Assembly: GCA_016187745.1 (NCBI GenBank)
Contig: JACPJC010000005.1
Location: 214,668 to 278,667 of the forward strand
DNA: 64,000 nt
Direction of reading: 5' to 3'
Source: Candidatus Iainarchaeum sp.
GTDB lineage: Archaea; Iainarchaeota; Iainarchaeia; Iainarchaeales; JAXPJC01
Part shown: positions 47,548 to 56,704 of the stretch, one piece after another
Numbering within the stretch: position 1 is the first letter of the stretch
How the letters are laid out: each line of letters begins with the position of its first letter
The notes under the pieces: generated by a model
Databases searched by the model: none
What the model was told of the DNA's origin: nothing
What the model saw: the letters and a program-made list of their open reading frames with translations, nothing else
Position numbers and translations under genes: made by a program

Positions 47548-48892
47548 TCGTTGGAGGAATTGCCACTCCCTCCTGTAATTTAATTTCAGCGGAAATCTAC
47601 TCTCCAAAGCATTATAACCTGAAAAATAGCCTATTTTTACACTATTCAAAATGCGTGGAAACATGAAAAGGGCAATTTTACTCCAGACTTTGAATCTAAC
47701 AAAAAGCAAGGAAACTGCATTAGATAGTTTTTTGAATTCCTGCCTGCAGTTGGCTAATTCCCTATTTGAGCAAAAGAAGGATTGTAGAACCTTTATGCAG
47801 TTCCACCGCAAAGTATATTTAGCCAGCAAGGCTAACACCTCTCTTGGCTCTCAAACAATTTGCGATATTGAAAGATTTGTTTTCAGGGCAAAGAATGGAA
47901 GCAAGGCAATTACTCCAAAATTCAATGTTCCAAGAAACTGCGGAACTTTCAATGCTGCAAAAACCTTTTTTGTTAAATTCACAATTGCCCCAAGAAAGCA
48001 AATTCCAATCCCAATCCTTAAAAATAGGAACTTCCAACGCTTCCAATCCCTGTTTATCAATGGCTGGCAATGCAAGACCTTTGGATTGACTTTCAGCAAA
48101 CAAATTGTTGCCTATCTCTCCGAAGAGGAAGTTGCACTGCCACAGAGAAAAAATATTTTGGGCATTGATTGTAATAGCAAAAGCTTCGCTGTTTCTGTCA
48201 TTACTCCTGAAGGCAAAATCCTCAAGCAAAGTTATTTTGGAAAAGACATCTGGCACAAGCGCAGGAAGATATTTGAACGGAAAAGCAAACTGCAAAGTTT
48301 GGCTGATAAAGGAAGTGGTAGAGCAATCAAAAGCATCAAGTATCTCAAAAGAAGTGAGCGGAACTTTGTCAAGAATCGGCTTGGGGAAGTTGTCAGAGAA
48401 ATAACCAATATGGCTTTGGGGTATGATGCAGACATTGCTATTGAAGACCTCAAGAGATTTAATCCAAAAGGGAAGAGGTTCAACAAAGAAGTTATGCGTA
48501 TTCCCTTCTATAAATTCAGAATCCTGCTCGCAGGCAGATGTTTTGATAAAGGAATTACACTGAACATTGTTGATAGTTGGCACACAAGCAAATGGTGCAG
48601 CCATTGCGGTGCTTTGGCTAATGGGCATAGCAGTTCCAACTATTCCCTGTTCAAATGCAAATGCGGGCAGATAGTCAATAGTGATAGGAAGGCAAGTTTG
48701 GCCATTGCCATAAAATCCCTCTTGGAGCGGAGCAATCAAGTTTTCAACCAACCTGATTTCTTCCAGATTTCCAATAGGCAAGTTCCTGTAAACGAACTTA
48801 TGCGTCGCAATGATGAGATTGTTTCTAATGGTGCCGTGCATCTTGAGCATTCTCCAAGCGAAAGCCAACGCCTTTAGGTGTTGGTAGTTTAC
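47548..48892 (+). mobile_element. Non-autonomous IS200/IS605 (IS1341-like) element 1
   Basis: Preceded by TTAT; left-end hairpin GGAGG..CCTCC; right-end hairpin 48864..48885 then AGTTTAC; no tnpA. Confidence 0.8.
47651..48877 (+). CDS. tnpB: TnpB-family RNA-guided endonuclease
   Basis: RuvC LGID, IEDL, SD; zinc finger CSHCG...CKCG. Confidence 0.88.
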   Translation: MRGNMKRAILLQTLNLTKSKETALDSFLNSCLQLANSLFEQKKDCRTFMQFHRKVYLASKANTSLGSQTICDIERFVFRAKNGSKAITPKFNVPRNCGTFNAAKTFFVKFTIAPRKQIPIPILKNRNFQRFQSLFINGWQCKTFGLTFSKQIVAYLSEEEVALPQRKNILGIDCNSKSFAVSVITPEGKILKQSYFGKDIWHKRRKIFERKSKLQSLADKGSGRAIKSIKYLKRSERNFVKNRLGEVVREITNMALGYDADIAIEDLKRFNPKGKRFNKEVMRIPFYKFRILLAGRCFDKGITLNIVDSWHTSKWCSHCGALANGHSSSNYSLFKCKCGQIVNSDRKASLAIAIKSLLERSNQVFNQPDFFQISNRQVPVNELMRRNDEIVSNGAVHLEHSPSESQRL

Positions 48893-49719
48893 CTCTTTGA
48901 AATTTCCTTTACTCTCGCTTCCAGTCCGCGCTTCAGTTCAGCAGCAATATTGCGCTTAGTGAAATAATCGGCCTTTGCAGCGGTTGCAATCTTGCCCGCA
49001 AGAGTCCTTGCAAGCTTCCCCTTGTGCTCCCTTTTCATCTGCTTCACAAGCGCATGCGAAAACAGCAGGCCGTACTTAGGGCCCTTTGCGTGCTTTTTCC
49101 TGCTCATGAAAAGCGCCTTTTCGGCCCCCAAAACCTGTATTGTTGAAGAGGGCATGAGCGCAATGCGCTTAAGGCTTCCGGCCTTTGCGAGCAGTTTTGC
49201 GCCAAGCACGCTTCCCGCAATCTCGGAAATATTCGGGCAGAATTCCCTCATGCGCATATCAATGTATTTTTCAAGGTACTTGCGCTCCCCGATTAAATTC
49301 AGCGCATTGAGCGCGAGCAATTTGATTTCGGCAAGGTCCTCTTTTTTTACCTCACTTCCAATTGTTTTTTTTGCAGCGCTCTCAATTTTCTCCGCGGTCA
49401 GCCCATTCTCATGAATTTTTGAAACTTCGGCCTTTGTCAATTTCTCCCTTTCTCCAAGCTCGCTCACCAGCCTCAGGAAAAGCTCATTCTCATTTGCGAT
49501 TTTCTCAAGCTCCGGGAAATAGAACCCATACCACTCGCGCGCGTGCTCCGCAAGGAGGTTGCCAACATTGTCCAAATCATCAAGCACATTCACAGCCTTG
49601 ATTATGTGGTTGTCAATTCCTGAAAACTTCTCAACAACCTCTTCCCTAACCTTTTTAATCAGGCGCGAGCGCAACTGCTCTATTTTAGTTTTGGGCATGT
49701 TCTCAGCAAATATTGTCAT
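48889..49719 (-). CDS. nop5: Nop5/Nop56-58 C/D-box RNP protein
   Basis: REWYGFYFPEL, PSSTIQVLGAEKALF, PKYG, GKLARTLA. Confidence 0.95.
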   Translation of the reverse strand: MTIFAENMPKTKIEQLRSRLIKKVREEVVEKFSGIDNHIIKAVNVLDDLDNVGNLLAEHAREWYGFYFPELEKIANENELFLRLVSELGEREKLTKAEVSKIHENGLTAEKIESAAKKTIGSEVKKEDLAEIKLLALNALNLIGERKYLEKYIDMRMREFCPNISEIAGSVLGAKLLAKAGSLKRIALMPSSTIQVLGAEKALFMSRKKHAKGPKYGLLFSHALVKQMKREHKGKLARTLAGKIATAAKADYFTKRNIAAELKRGLEARVKEISKR

Positions 49720-49752
49720 TCAATAAATTAATAAAACAAATCAAACCCCGCA

Positions 49753-50082
49753 TCATTTCCATTCAACGCGGTTATACCTGATTGCAGACCTTTTAATTCC
49801 GCGGTTAATCCTTTTCAGCCTTTTTTTAAAATGCCTCAGCGATTCAATCAGCGACTGCGCCAGGCTGCCTTTCCCATGTGTCCTTAATTCCTGGACATTC
49901 CAGCTTTCCGCCCGCCCAAGCATCCCCTCGTTTCTTCTCCGCAGATTAAGCAGCCGGCCTAGCGCATGCCTGTTCCTTTCGCCAAACCGCGGCTTTGTCC
50001 TGCTTTTTTCCTGCTTGCTGCCGCTGAGGTGCTCAAACTCCCTTCTTATCCTGCGGGAAGGCGCCCCGAACAGCTTTGGCAT
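49753..50082 (-). CDS. Arg-rich hypothetical protein
   Basis: Open ORF in an intergenic gap; no motif recognised. Confidence 0.5.
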   Translation of the reverse strand: MPKLFGAPSRRIRREFEHLSGSKQEKSRTKPRFGERNRHALGRLLNLRRRNEGMLGRAESWNVQELRTHGKGSLAQSLIESLRHFKKRLKRINRGIKRSAIRYNRVEWK

Positions 50083-50140
50083 GACCTAATACTGCAGGAA
50101 TTGTTTTATAATCTTCTCGCAAGAAGACAGCCTAATTTAT

Positions 50141-51486
50141 TGGGCGGATAAATTGCCACTCTCGCCGGTAATTTAACTTCAGCGGAAATCTACTCCCAAA
50201 ACCATTATAAATCACTAATAATAATGGATAATATAAAAGGAAAGAGTGGTGGAATAACTATGGTTCATCAAAAGATTTTCAAGTTCAGGCTCTACCCAAG
50301 CAATGAGCAAAGGCAGATGATTGAAAAGCAGATGAATCTTCTTTGTTATGTGTATAACAAACTGCTTGAAATGAAAAGGGAGCAATACAAGCAGAACAAA
50401 AAATCACTTTCAGAATATGATATGAACAAGCTCATAAGGCAGATTACCAACACAAAAGATGTGCATTCCCAGAGCCTGCAAAACCTTTCAAAGCGCATTT
50501 CAGAAGGCTACAAACTATTTTTTGCATTGAGAAAACAGGGAATAAAAAAAGCTGGCCTGCCAAGATTCAAAAAAATGGAGAATTACAAGTCAATAACTTA
50601 CCCGCAGCCCCAATCACTATTCAAGGATAACAAACTGATTGTGCCGAAAGTCGGATTGGTAGAAATACGGCAACACAGAAAACTGCTTGGAAAAACGAAA
50701 ATGCTTACAATAAAGAAAATGCCAACAGGCAAATGGTTTGCCTGTTTTGTCCAGAATTGTGATGGCAAATATGATGTTTTGCCAAAAACAGGGAAAGTTG
50801 TTGGCATAGATTTGGGCTTGAACAATTTCATTGCAACAAGCGATAATGAAATGTTTGAGCATCCAAAGCCATTGGCAAGGCTTGAAAAACGCAGAAAGAT
50901 GCTTAATAAGCGCTTCTCAAAAAAGAAGAGAGGCTCAAGCAACAAGAACAATGCAAGGATAAAACTTGCAAGAATTGATGAGAAGATATCAAACATAAGG
51001 GAAAACTATAATTGGAAGGTTGCCAACTATCTTGTAAATAATTATGATGGCATTTGCATTGAGGATTTGCAGATAAAAAACATGATGCAGAACCACCATC
51101 TTGCGAAAGCAATAACTGATGTTTCCTGGGGGGATTTTGTAGGAAAACTCTCTTACAAGGCTGAAAGTGCCGGAAGAAAATTAGTCAAAATCAACCCGAG
51201 AAATACAAGCCAGGAGTGCCACAACTGCGGAGCAATAGTAAAGAAGGAATTATGGAACAGAACGCACAAATGCACTTGCGGAATAGAAATAGATAGGGAT
51301 ATAAACTCTGCAAAACTTATACTCAATAAAGGGCTACTGCCGGAATGGCAGGATGTCAAGCCTGCAGAGATGATTCCTCTGCAAACCACTCATAGAAAAA
51401 TTGGTTTGCAAGAATTGTCAAGGAAGCAGGAAGATAGTTCAGCAATGGCTATCGGAAGCCACTTAACTTGTTAGGTGGTAATTCAC
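50141..51486 (+). mobile_element. Non-autonomous IS200/IS605 (IS1341-like) element 2
   Basis: Preceded by TTAT; same left-end core AATTGCCACT...TTCAGCGGAAATCTACTC; right-end hairpin 51458..51479 then AATTCAC. Confidence 0.82.
50260..51474 (+). CDS. tnpB: TnpB RNA-guided endonuclease (HTH_OrfB type)
   Basis: KFRLYP, PRFK, VGIDLG, IEDL, TSQECHNCG, DRDINSA. Confidence 0.95.
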   Translation: MVHQKIFKFRLYPSNEQRQMIEKQMNLLCYVYNKLLEMKREQYKQNKKSLSEYDMNKLIRQITNTKDVHSQSLQNLSKRISEGYKLFFALRKQGIKKAGLPRFKKMENYKSITYPQPQSLFKDNKLIVPKVGLVEIRQHRKLLGKTKMLTIKKMPTGKWFACFVQNCDGKYDVLPKTGKVVGIDLGLNNFIATSDNEMFEHPKPLARLEKRRKMLNKRFSKKKRGSSNKNNARIKLARIDEKISNIRENYNWKVANYLVNNYDGICIEDLQIKNMMQNHHLAKAITDVSWGDFVGKLSYKAESAGRKLVKINPRNTSQECHNCGAIVKKELWNRTHKCTCGIEIDRDINSAKLILNKGLLPEWQDVKPAEMIPLQTTHRKIGLQELSRKQEDSSAMAIGSHLTC

Positions 51487-51519
51487 AAAGGATATTTGAA
51501 TTAGTATATAAGTGGTTTT

Positions 51520-53010
51520 ATGGGCTCTGAAGATTTGGTAAATCTGGCATTGCGCAGGAGCATTTTCTACCCTTCTGCTGAAATATACAGCAATTCCCCA
51601 AGTGGTTTTTGGGAATTCGGGCCAATAGGGGAGGCAATGCGCAGGAAGGCAATTGATTTCTGGCGCAGGGAATTATTGCAGAAGGAAAGTTTTTTGGAGA
51701 TTTTCGGCGCGCAGATTCTCCCTGAATCTGTTTTCAGGGCCTCAGGGCATCTGGAAAACTTCAATGACCCCATAGTTCAATGCAGAAAATGCGCCTCGCT
51801 TTACCGCGCGGACAAACTGATAATGGACTCCTCTAAGGAACTGGTTCCCGAAAGCATTTCAACCGCGGAACTGGATGCGCTTATAAAAAAGCACGAGGTA
51901 AAATGCCCCAAGTGCAAATCAAAGGATTTTGCAACAGCAAGGAAATTCAACATGATGATGCCCGTAAGCATAGGCGCAACAGGCGATGTGCAGTGCTACC
52001 TGCGCCCGGAAACCTGCCAGAGCATCTTCCTTGATTTTGACCGCATATTCAAAACCTGCAGGGCAAAGCTTCCCCTGGGGATTGCGCAGGCCGGGGCTTC
52101 CTTCAGGAATGAGATTGCCCCGAGAAACACTCTTCTGAGGGCGCGCGAGTTCGGCCAGATGGAAGTGGAAATATTCTTCAACCCGAAAAAAATAAATTCA
52201 ATTGAGCGCTGGGGCGAGGTTGCCGAATATAAACTGAATTTAATGCAGCTGGGAAAAGACGTGAGGGCGGTTTCATGCGCAGATGCCGTTGCAAAAAAAA
52301 TCCTTTCCGGGCAGCTGGTTGCATATTATCTCGCGCGCGTTCAGCAGCTGTATGAGAAGTACGGGGTTCCCCTGCCAAAAATGCGCCTGCGCGAGCTTGC
52401 GGACAATGAGCGCGCTTTCTATGCAAAGGAAGCCTGGGATTTTGAGGTTGAATGCTCGGAGGGCTGGGTTGAGCTGATTGCGTGCAATAACCGCGCAGAC
52501 TATGATCTGAAGGGGCACGCAAAGGAAAGCAAGAAGGAAATCAAGGTAAAAGAGGAAGGGGATTCCGAAGCATTCATTCCGCACATTTTTGAATTATCCG
52601 CAGGGATTGACAGGACGCTCTATGTTCTGCTGGATCTGGCATACAAGAAGGAAAAGCGCGGCCCCGAGGAGCGCGCGTACCTGGACCTGAATCCGAAAAT
52701 TGCGCCGTATTTTTCCGCAGTATTCCCGCTTGTGAATAAGGAGGGGATTGATGAAAGGGCAAAGGCGCTTGCCAATGAACTTTCGCAATGCGGCATTGAT
52801 GTCCTGCATGACGACAGGGGCAGCATAGGGAAGAGATATGCGCGCGCTGATGAAATTGGAATTCCCTATGCAATAACGCTTGATTTTGAAACGCTCAAGG
52901 ATGCAAGCGCAACTCTGCGCGAAAGGAGCAGCATGAAGCAGAGGCGCGTTAAGATTGCAGAGCTGCCCGAAGCGCTCTGGAAGCTGCAGACAGGGAAATC
53001 AGAATTCTGA
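51520..53010 (+). CDS. glyS: Glycine--tRNA ligase (archaeal/eukaryotic type)
   Basis: SGHLENF.DP, YLRPETCQ, FRNEIAPR, REFGQME, GSIGKRY. Confidence 0.95.
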   Translation: MGSEDLVNLALRRSIFYPSAEIYSNSPSGFWEFGPIGEAMRRKAIDFWRRELLQKESFLEIFGAQILPESVFRASGHLENFNDPIVQCRKCASLYRADKLIMDSSKELVPESISTAELDALIKKHEVKCPKCKSKDFATARKFNMMMPVSIGATGDVQCYLRPETCQSIFLDFDRIFKTCRAKLPLGIAQAGASFRNEIAPRNTLLRAREFGQMEVEIFFNPKKINSIERWGEVAEYKLNLMQLGKDVRAVSCADAVAKKILSGQLVAYYLARVQQLYEKYGVPLPKMRLRELADNERAFYAKEAWDFEVECSEGWVELIACNNRADYDLKGHAKESKKEIKVKEEGDSEAFIPHIFELSAGIDRTLYVLLDLAYKKEKRGPEERAYLDLNPKIAPYFSAVFPLVNKEGIDERAKALANELSQCGIDVLHDDRGSIGKRYARADEIGIPYAITLDFETLKDASATLRERSSMKQRRVKIAELPEALWKLQTGKSEF

Positions 53011-53020
53011 GGCAATAAAA

Positions 53021-53521
53021 ATGCGCACAGGCAAAAGGGCTCTGGCTTCGCATAAAGTATTTCGTTTTGTTGAGGGCATAGGAACAAAGAAGCAGATAAG
53101 GCCTTTGATCGGGAAAAGCGATAAATTTTCCGGCTTCTTCAGGCTCGGAAAGAAAGTCCTTGGGCTTAAAAAGCCCGCAGCGCTTTATATGATTAATTCC
53201 TCAAACCCGCTTGCAAGAGGGCTTCTCGTAAGGCCCTCTCCGGATTCGCTTAAGCTGCTGAAGCTCGAGCTCAATGAGCCTGATTTCAGGAAGACGGCCT
53301 CCATAGAATATGAGATAAAAGAAGAATTCCGCAAAAGGCCATATGAAAACAGGGGCATAGCAACAAGGCTTGCGCATCTGCTGATTGACGCGGCAAAACA
53401 GCTTGGCTATGAAAGGCTGATTGCAAACATAAATAATTCAAACAAGGCAAGCATAAGGGTGATTGAGAAAAGCGGGTTCAGGAATATCAAAAACACAACC
53501 CTCTGGTACAAGGATATTTGA
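53021..53521 (+). CDS. GNAT family N-acetyltransferase
   Basis: NRGIAT, NKASIRVIEKSGF. Confidence 0.8.
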   Translation: MRTGKRALASHKVFRFVEGIGTKKQIRPLIGKSDKFSGFFRLGKKVLGLKKPAALYMINSSNPLARGLLVRPSPDSLKLLKLELNEPDFRKTASIEYEIKEEFRKRPYENRGIATRLAHLLIDAAKQLGYERLIANINNSNKASIRVIEKSGFRNIKNTTLWYKDI

Positions 53522-53553
53522 TTTTTAAACTTCTGGGCAGTATCTTTATACAC

Positions 53554-53625
53554 GCCCCGGTAGCTTAGTGGCAGAGCAATGGTTTCGTAAACCATAGGTC
53601 GAGGGTTCAACTCCCTCTCGGGGCT
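53554..53625 (+). tRNA. tRNA-Thr(CGT)
   Basis: GCCCCGG/TCGGGGC acceptor, ATGGT-TTCGTAA-ACCAT anticodon arm, GAGGG-TTCAACT-CCCTC T arm. Confidence 0.95.
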
Positions 53626-53636
53626 TTCTGAAAGAT

Positions 53637-55133
53637 TCAGCCCTGCGGCGTTATGCTCAGCTCAAAATCCTGCGATTTCCTTTCGCCAGTGGGGGTGGAA
53701 TAGCCTATTTTTATTATGCATTTCTGCGCCTCATCAACTGTTGCATTGGTCGGCGCGCTGACTGTAATTATTGTCTTGTCCTTTCCTCCCTTCGGCGCCA
53801 ATGAGGCAATCGTGTTCTTGCTTATCCTCGCAATCCATATCACGCTGCAGCCGTCTGAAGGATTTACGATTGTAAAGAGCTCCAATTCAACCGAGCTGTT
53901 GTTTGTGATTGTAAGGGCAACATCCTTTGATTCATAATATCCCGCATCAAGCATGTCAAGGCTTACCTTCCCTGAATTTGTTGCGGAAATTGAAAGGGCA
54001 ATTTCAGCCCCGGAAACTTCCAGCTCAAACGGGATTTCCGCATCCCAGTAATCCGTGCTGAGCAGTATGTTTCCTGAAATCAAATCGCTAAGCGCTTCAA
54101 CAGGAACATTGACAATTAAGTTGGCGGAAGCGCTTTTCCCCGCCTCTATAGAATCAATCTCAGTGCTCCATAAAAACCAATCCAACACCTCTTCTTCGGA
54201 ATTTGCAGTGTACTGCGTGCTCACAATCTCAATCTGCGCCTTTACCTCCCCCACATTGAATGCCGGGCTTGAGTTTGTTATTTTTATTGTTTTTACTGCC
54301 GCGCCTTGGCCTATTACCCCGGCCTTGAGCGTGCCGAAATTTATTGATGCCGGGCTTACTTTCAGTTCAGGCTTCCTGAACAGGGTAAATGAAACCTCCT
54401 CCTTTGTGTTTGTGTATTTCACCCTTATGCTGCCCTTTTTCAGATCGCCCTTCTTCGCATCCTTTACCGCAATATCCTTCGGAACATCAAAGCTCAGGAT
54501 GCTGCTGTTTGTTCCCGAAGCAGGAACACGGATACTTTCAGCGCTAAGTTCTGCGCCAAGGTCCTTGAGCGCGCCTTCAAGCACCAGCTCAACATCAGCA
54601 GGCATTTCCGCGGAATTCTTCAGGGTTACAAGCGCCTCGACATTGCGCTGCCCCTGGACCAATTGCCCGGGGAAATCAGCAATCTGCAGGTCCACTCTCA
54701 TATCCTTCCTGAGCTTTATCTCTATGGAGCCGGAACTTTCCGCGGAAACCTCAAAAGAGCCCGAAGAGGCCTTGTACTCCGGCGCAACGGCCTCATACCT
54801 GTAATTCCCATATCTCAGTTTCGCCGCGCCCCCATCGGAAAGCTCAGCAATGGGCTCATTCCCCGAAGATTCGTAAACCCTTATCCCCGCATCTTCCAAT
54901 GTTTCATTCTCAGTGTTCATTACGCTGAACTGGACTTCCTTAATGTTCCCTATGAAATAGGAGTAGGCGAAATATGCAGCGCCAGCGATTATAATCAGCG
55001 CTATTATTTTCGGCAGCAGGCTCTTTACAATTCCAAAATCAAATCCCATTCCTTCAGATTCAGGCGCCTCGCCGAAAGTGCCCTCAATCCTCTGGAATTT
55101 TATTTCTGGGGAAGATTCATACATCTGCATCAC
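53637..55133 (-). CDS. Membrane-anchored Ig-like surface protein
   Basis: N-terminal TM followed by beta-rich domains with many NxS/T sequons. Confidence 0.8.
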   Translation of the reverse strand: MMQMYESSPEIKFQRIEGTFGEAPESEGMGFDFGIVKSLLPKIIALIIIAGAAYFAYSYFIGNIKEVQFSVMNTENETLEDAGIRVYESSGNEPIAELSDGGAAKLRYGNYRYEAVAPEYKASSGSFEVSAESSGSIEIKLRKDMRVDLQIADFPGQLVQGQRNVEALVTLKNSAEMPADVELVLEGALKDLGAELSAESIRVPASGTNSSILSFDVPKDIAVKDAKKGDLKKGSIRVKYTNTKEEVSFTLFRKPELKVSPASINFGTLKAGVIGQGAAVKTIKITNSSPAFNVGEVKAQIEIVSTQYTANSEEEVLDWFLWSTEIDSIEAGKSASANLIVNVPVEALSDLISGNILLSTDYWDAEIPFELEVSGAEIALSISATNSGKVSLDMLDAGYYESKDVALTITNNSSVELELFTIVNPSDGCSVIWIARISKNTIASLAPKGGKDKTIITVSAPTNATVDEAQKCIIKIGYSTPTGERKSQDFELSITPQG

Positions 55134-55161
55134 TCATCTATTAATCAGCAATTAGTATATA

Positions 55162-55611
55162 TTATTTTGCTTCTTTTTTCAAATGCACCAGGAGCCTCTG
55201 CATGTCAAAATGCAGCTGTGAAAGCACTTCCTGCAGCCTGTGCTGAAGCTCGGCATACAGCTCAGGCACTTCAGCCTCGCTCTCCTCATCAAGCCTCTGT
55301 TTCCGCTCCCTCAATTTTGATTTTGCCATCTCATAATTAAGGTTGCGCCCCAGAACTTTCGCAAGTTCGCGCATGCGCTTCAAATAGGAGCGGATCTCAA
55401 CCCTGTCAATTGCAATGAAGAAATCGCGCTTGCTTGCAATCCTCTGCAGATTAAAATAAATTCTGTCCATGCGCGCAATCTCTTCCCTAAGCACCTTCCA
55501 TAATACCTTGTTGCTGTGCTCCTTCCACTTTTTCCTTTTTATTGCGGCATTGAATTCATCAATTTCAGAAATTATCCCATTCAGCCATTTTGCAGTTTCT
55601 TTCATGCTCAC
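55162..55611 (-). CDS. Helical hypothetical protein
   Basis: Open ORF with GGGG-type RBS upstream. Confidence 0.65.
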   Translation of the reverse strand: MSMKETAKWLNGIISEIDEFNAAIKRKKWKEHSNKVLWKVLREEIARMDRIYFNLQRIASKRDFFIAIDRVEIRSYLKRMRELAKVLGRNLNYEMAKSKLRERKQRLDEESEAEVPELYAELQHRLQEVLSQLHFDMQRLLVHLKKEAK

Positions 55612-55658
55612 GCCCCAACAGCAAATTTATATTTAAGGTTGCTTTTAATAGTTAGCAT

Positions 55659-56627
55659 ATGCCCTTTTGTTTTCCGGAAGGAATTTCCATTGATTCCAGC
55701 GCAGGCGCAAGGCTCTCCCTCATAAGCCATGCGCATTCCGACCATGGGAAGATGGGGAATGCCGGCAGGCACATGATGAGCGCCCCAACAAAGGCGTTCC
55801 TGCATGGGAAGATAAAGCCAGGGGCAAAAATTTTAACGCCGGAATTCAATGAAAAAATTGAATTTGAAGATTCGAAAATTTCACTGCACGATTCCGGGCA
55901 CATCCTCGGGAGCGCGCAGTTCCTTATTGAAAATGCGGAAAGCACAACCGCATTCACGAATGACTTCAAATTGCAGGGCAGCATAATCCAGAAGGGCGCG
56001 GAAGTCCTGAAGGCTGACACGCTTGTGATTGAAAGCACCTTCGGGATGCCGGAATACGCATTTCCGGAGCGCAATGATGTTTATGCGCAGATGGCCTCAT
56101 GGGTGAAGCAGAATCTCCGCAACAAAAAATTCATAGTGCTTTTCGGATACGCATTGGGAAAGGCGCAGGAGCTCACAAAATTCGCAAATGAATTCTGCGG
56201 AATTTCCCCGATAGTGCACGAGAAAATTTATGAAAACAACAAGATCTATGAGAAATTTGGGGTAAAGCTCGGGGAGTATTCAATGCTGGACCACAATCTT
56301 TCCAATTCAAGCATGCTGATAATGCCTACACACATGCTCAGCGCTGATTTGCTGCAGATAGTTGCGGAGTATTCAAAAAGGCCTGTTGCAAGCTGCGTTG
56401 CGAGCGGCTGGCTTTTCAGGAACTATCCGCACTCAAAGGTTTTTCCCCTGAGCGACCATGCGGATTTCCCCCAGCTCATGCACTACATAAGGCAGGCAGA
56501 GCCGAAGACAGTGCTTACAACCCACGGCTTTGAGAGGGAATTCGCAAACTATGTAAGAAGGAAATTGCGCATAAGCGCAAGGGCGCTTTCGGAGCAGAAT
56601 CAGAGCTTCCTGCAGGAATTTGTTTAG
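55659..56627 (+). CDS. MBL-fold exonuclease of the beta-CASP superfamily
   Basis: SHAHSDH, GHILGS, ESTFG, LGKAQE, LSDHADF, THG. Confidence 0.88.
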   Translation: MPFCFPEGISIDSSAGARLSLISHAHSDHGKMGNAGRHMMSAPTKAFLHGKIKPGAKILTPEFNEKIEFEDSKISLHDSGHILGSAQFLIENAESTTAFTNDFKLQGSIIQKGAEVLKADTLVIESTFGMPEYAFPERNDVYAQMASWVKQNLRNKKFIVLFGYALGKAQELTKFANEFCGISPIVHEKIYENNKIYEKFGVKLGEYSMLDHNLSNSSMLIMPTHMLSADLLQIVAEYSKRPVASCVASGWLFRNYPHSKVFPLSDHADFPQLMHYIRQAEPKTVLTTHGFEREFANYVRRKLRISARALSEQNQSFLQEFV

Positions 56628-56704
56628 CCCCCCCCACAAAAACATTTATAAATGACTAATTATTATATATAGCAGGAGAATATAGTAGTATATTGGGTGT
56701 GCAA

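Noticed and set aside
47819-48868. 349-aa minus-strand ORF
   Set aside because: Antisense shadow of tnpB
47651-51474. Cas12f/Cas14 CRISPR system
   Set aside because: No repeat-spacer array or cas1/2/4 in the window; both genes are bounded by IS200/IS605-type ends
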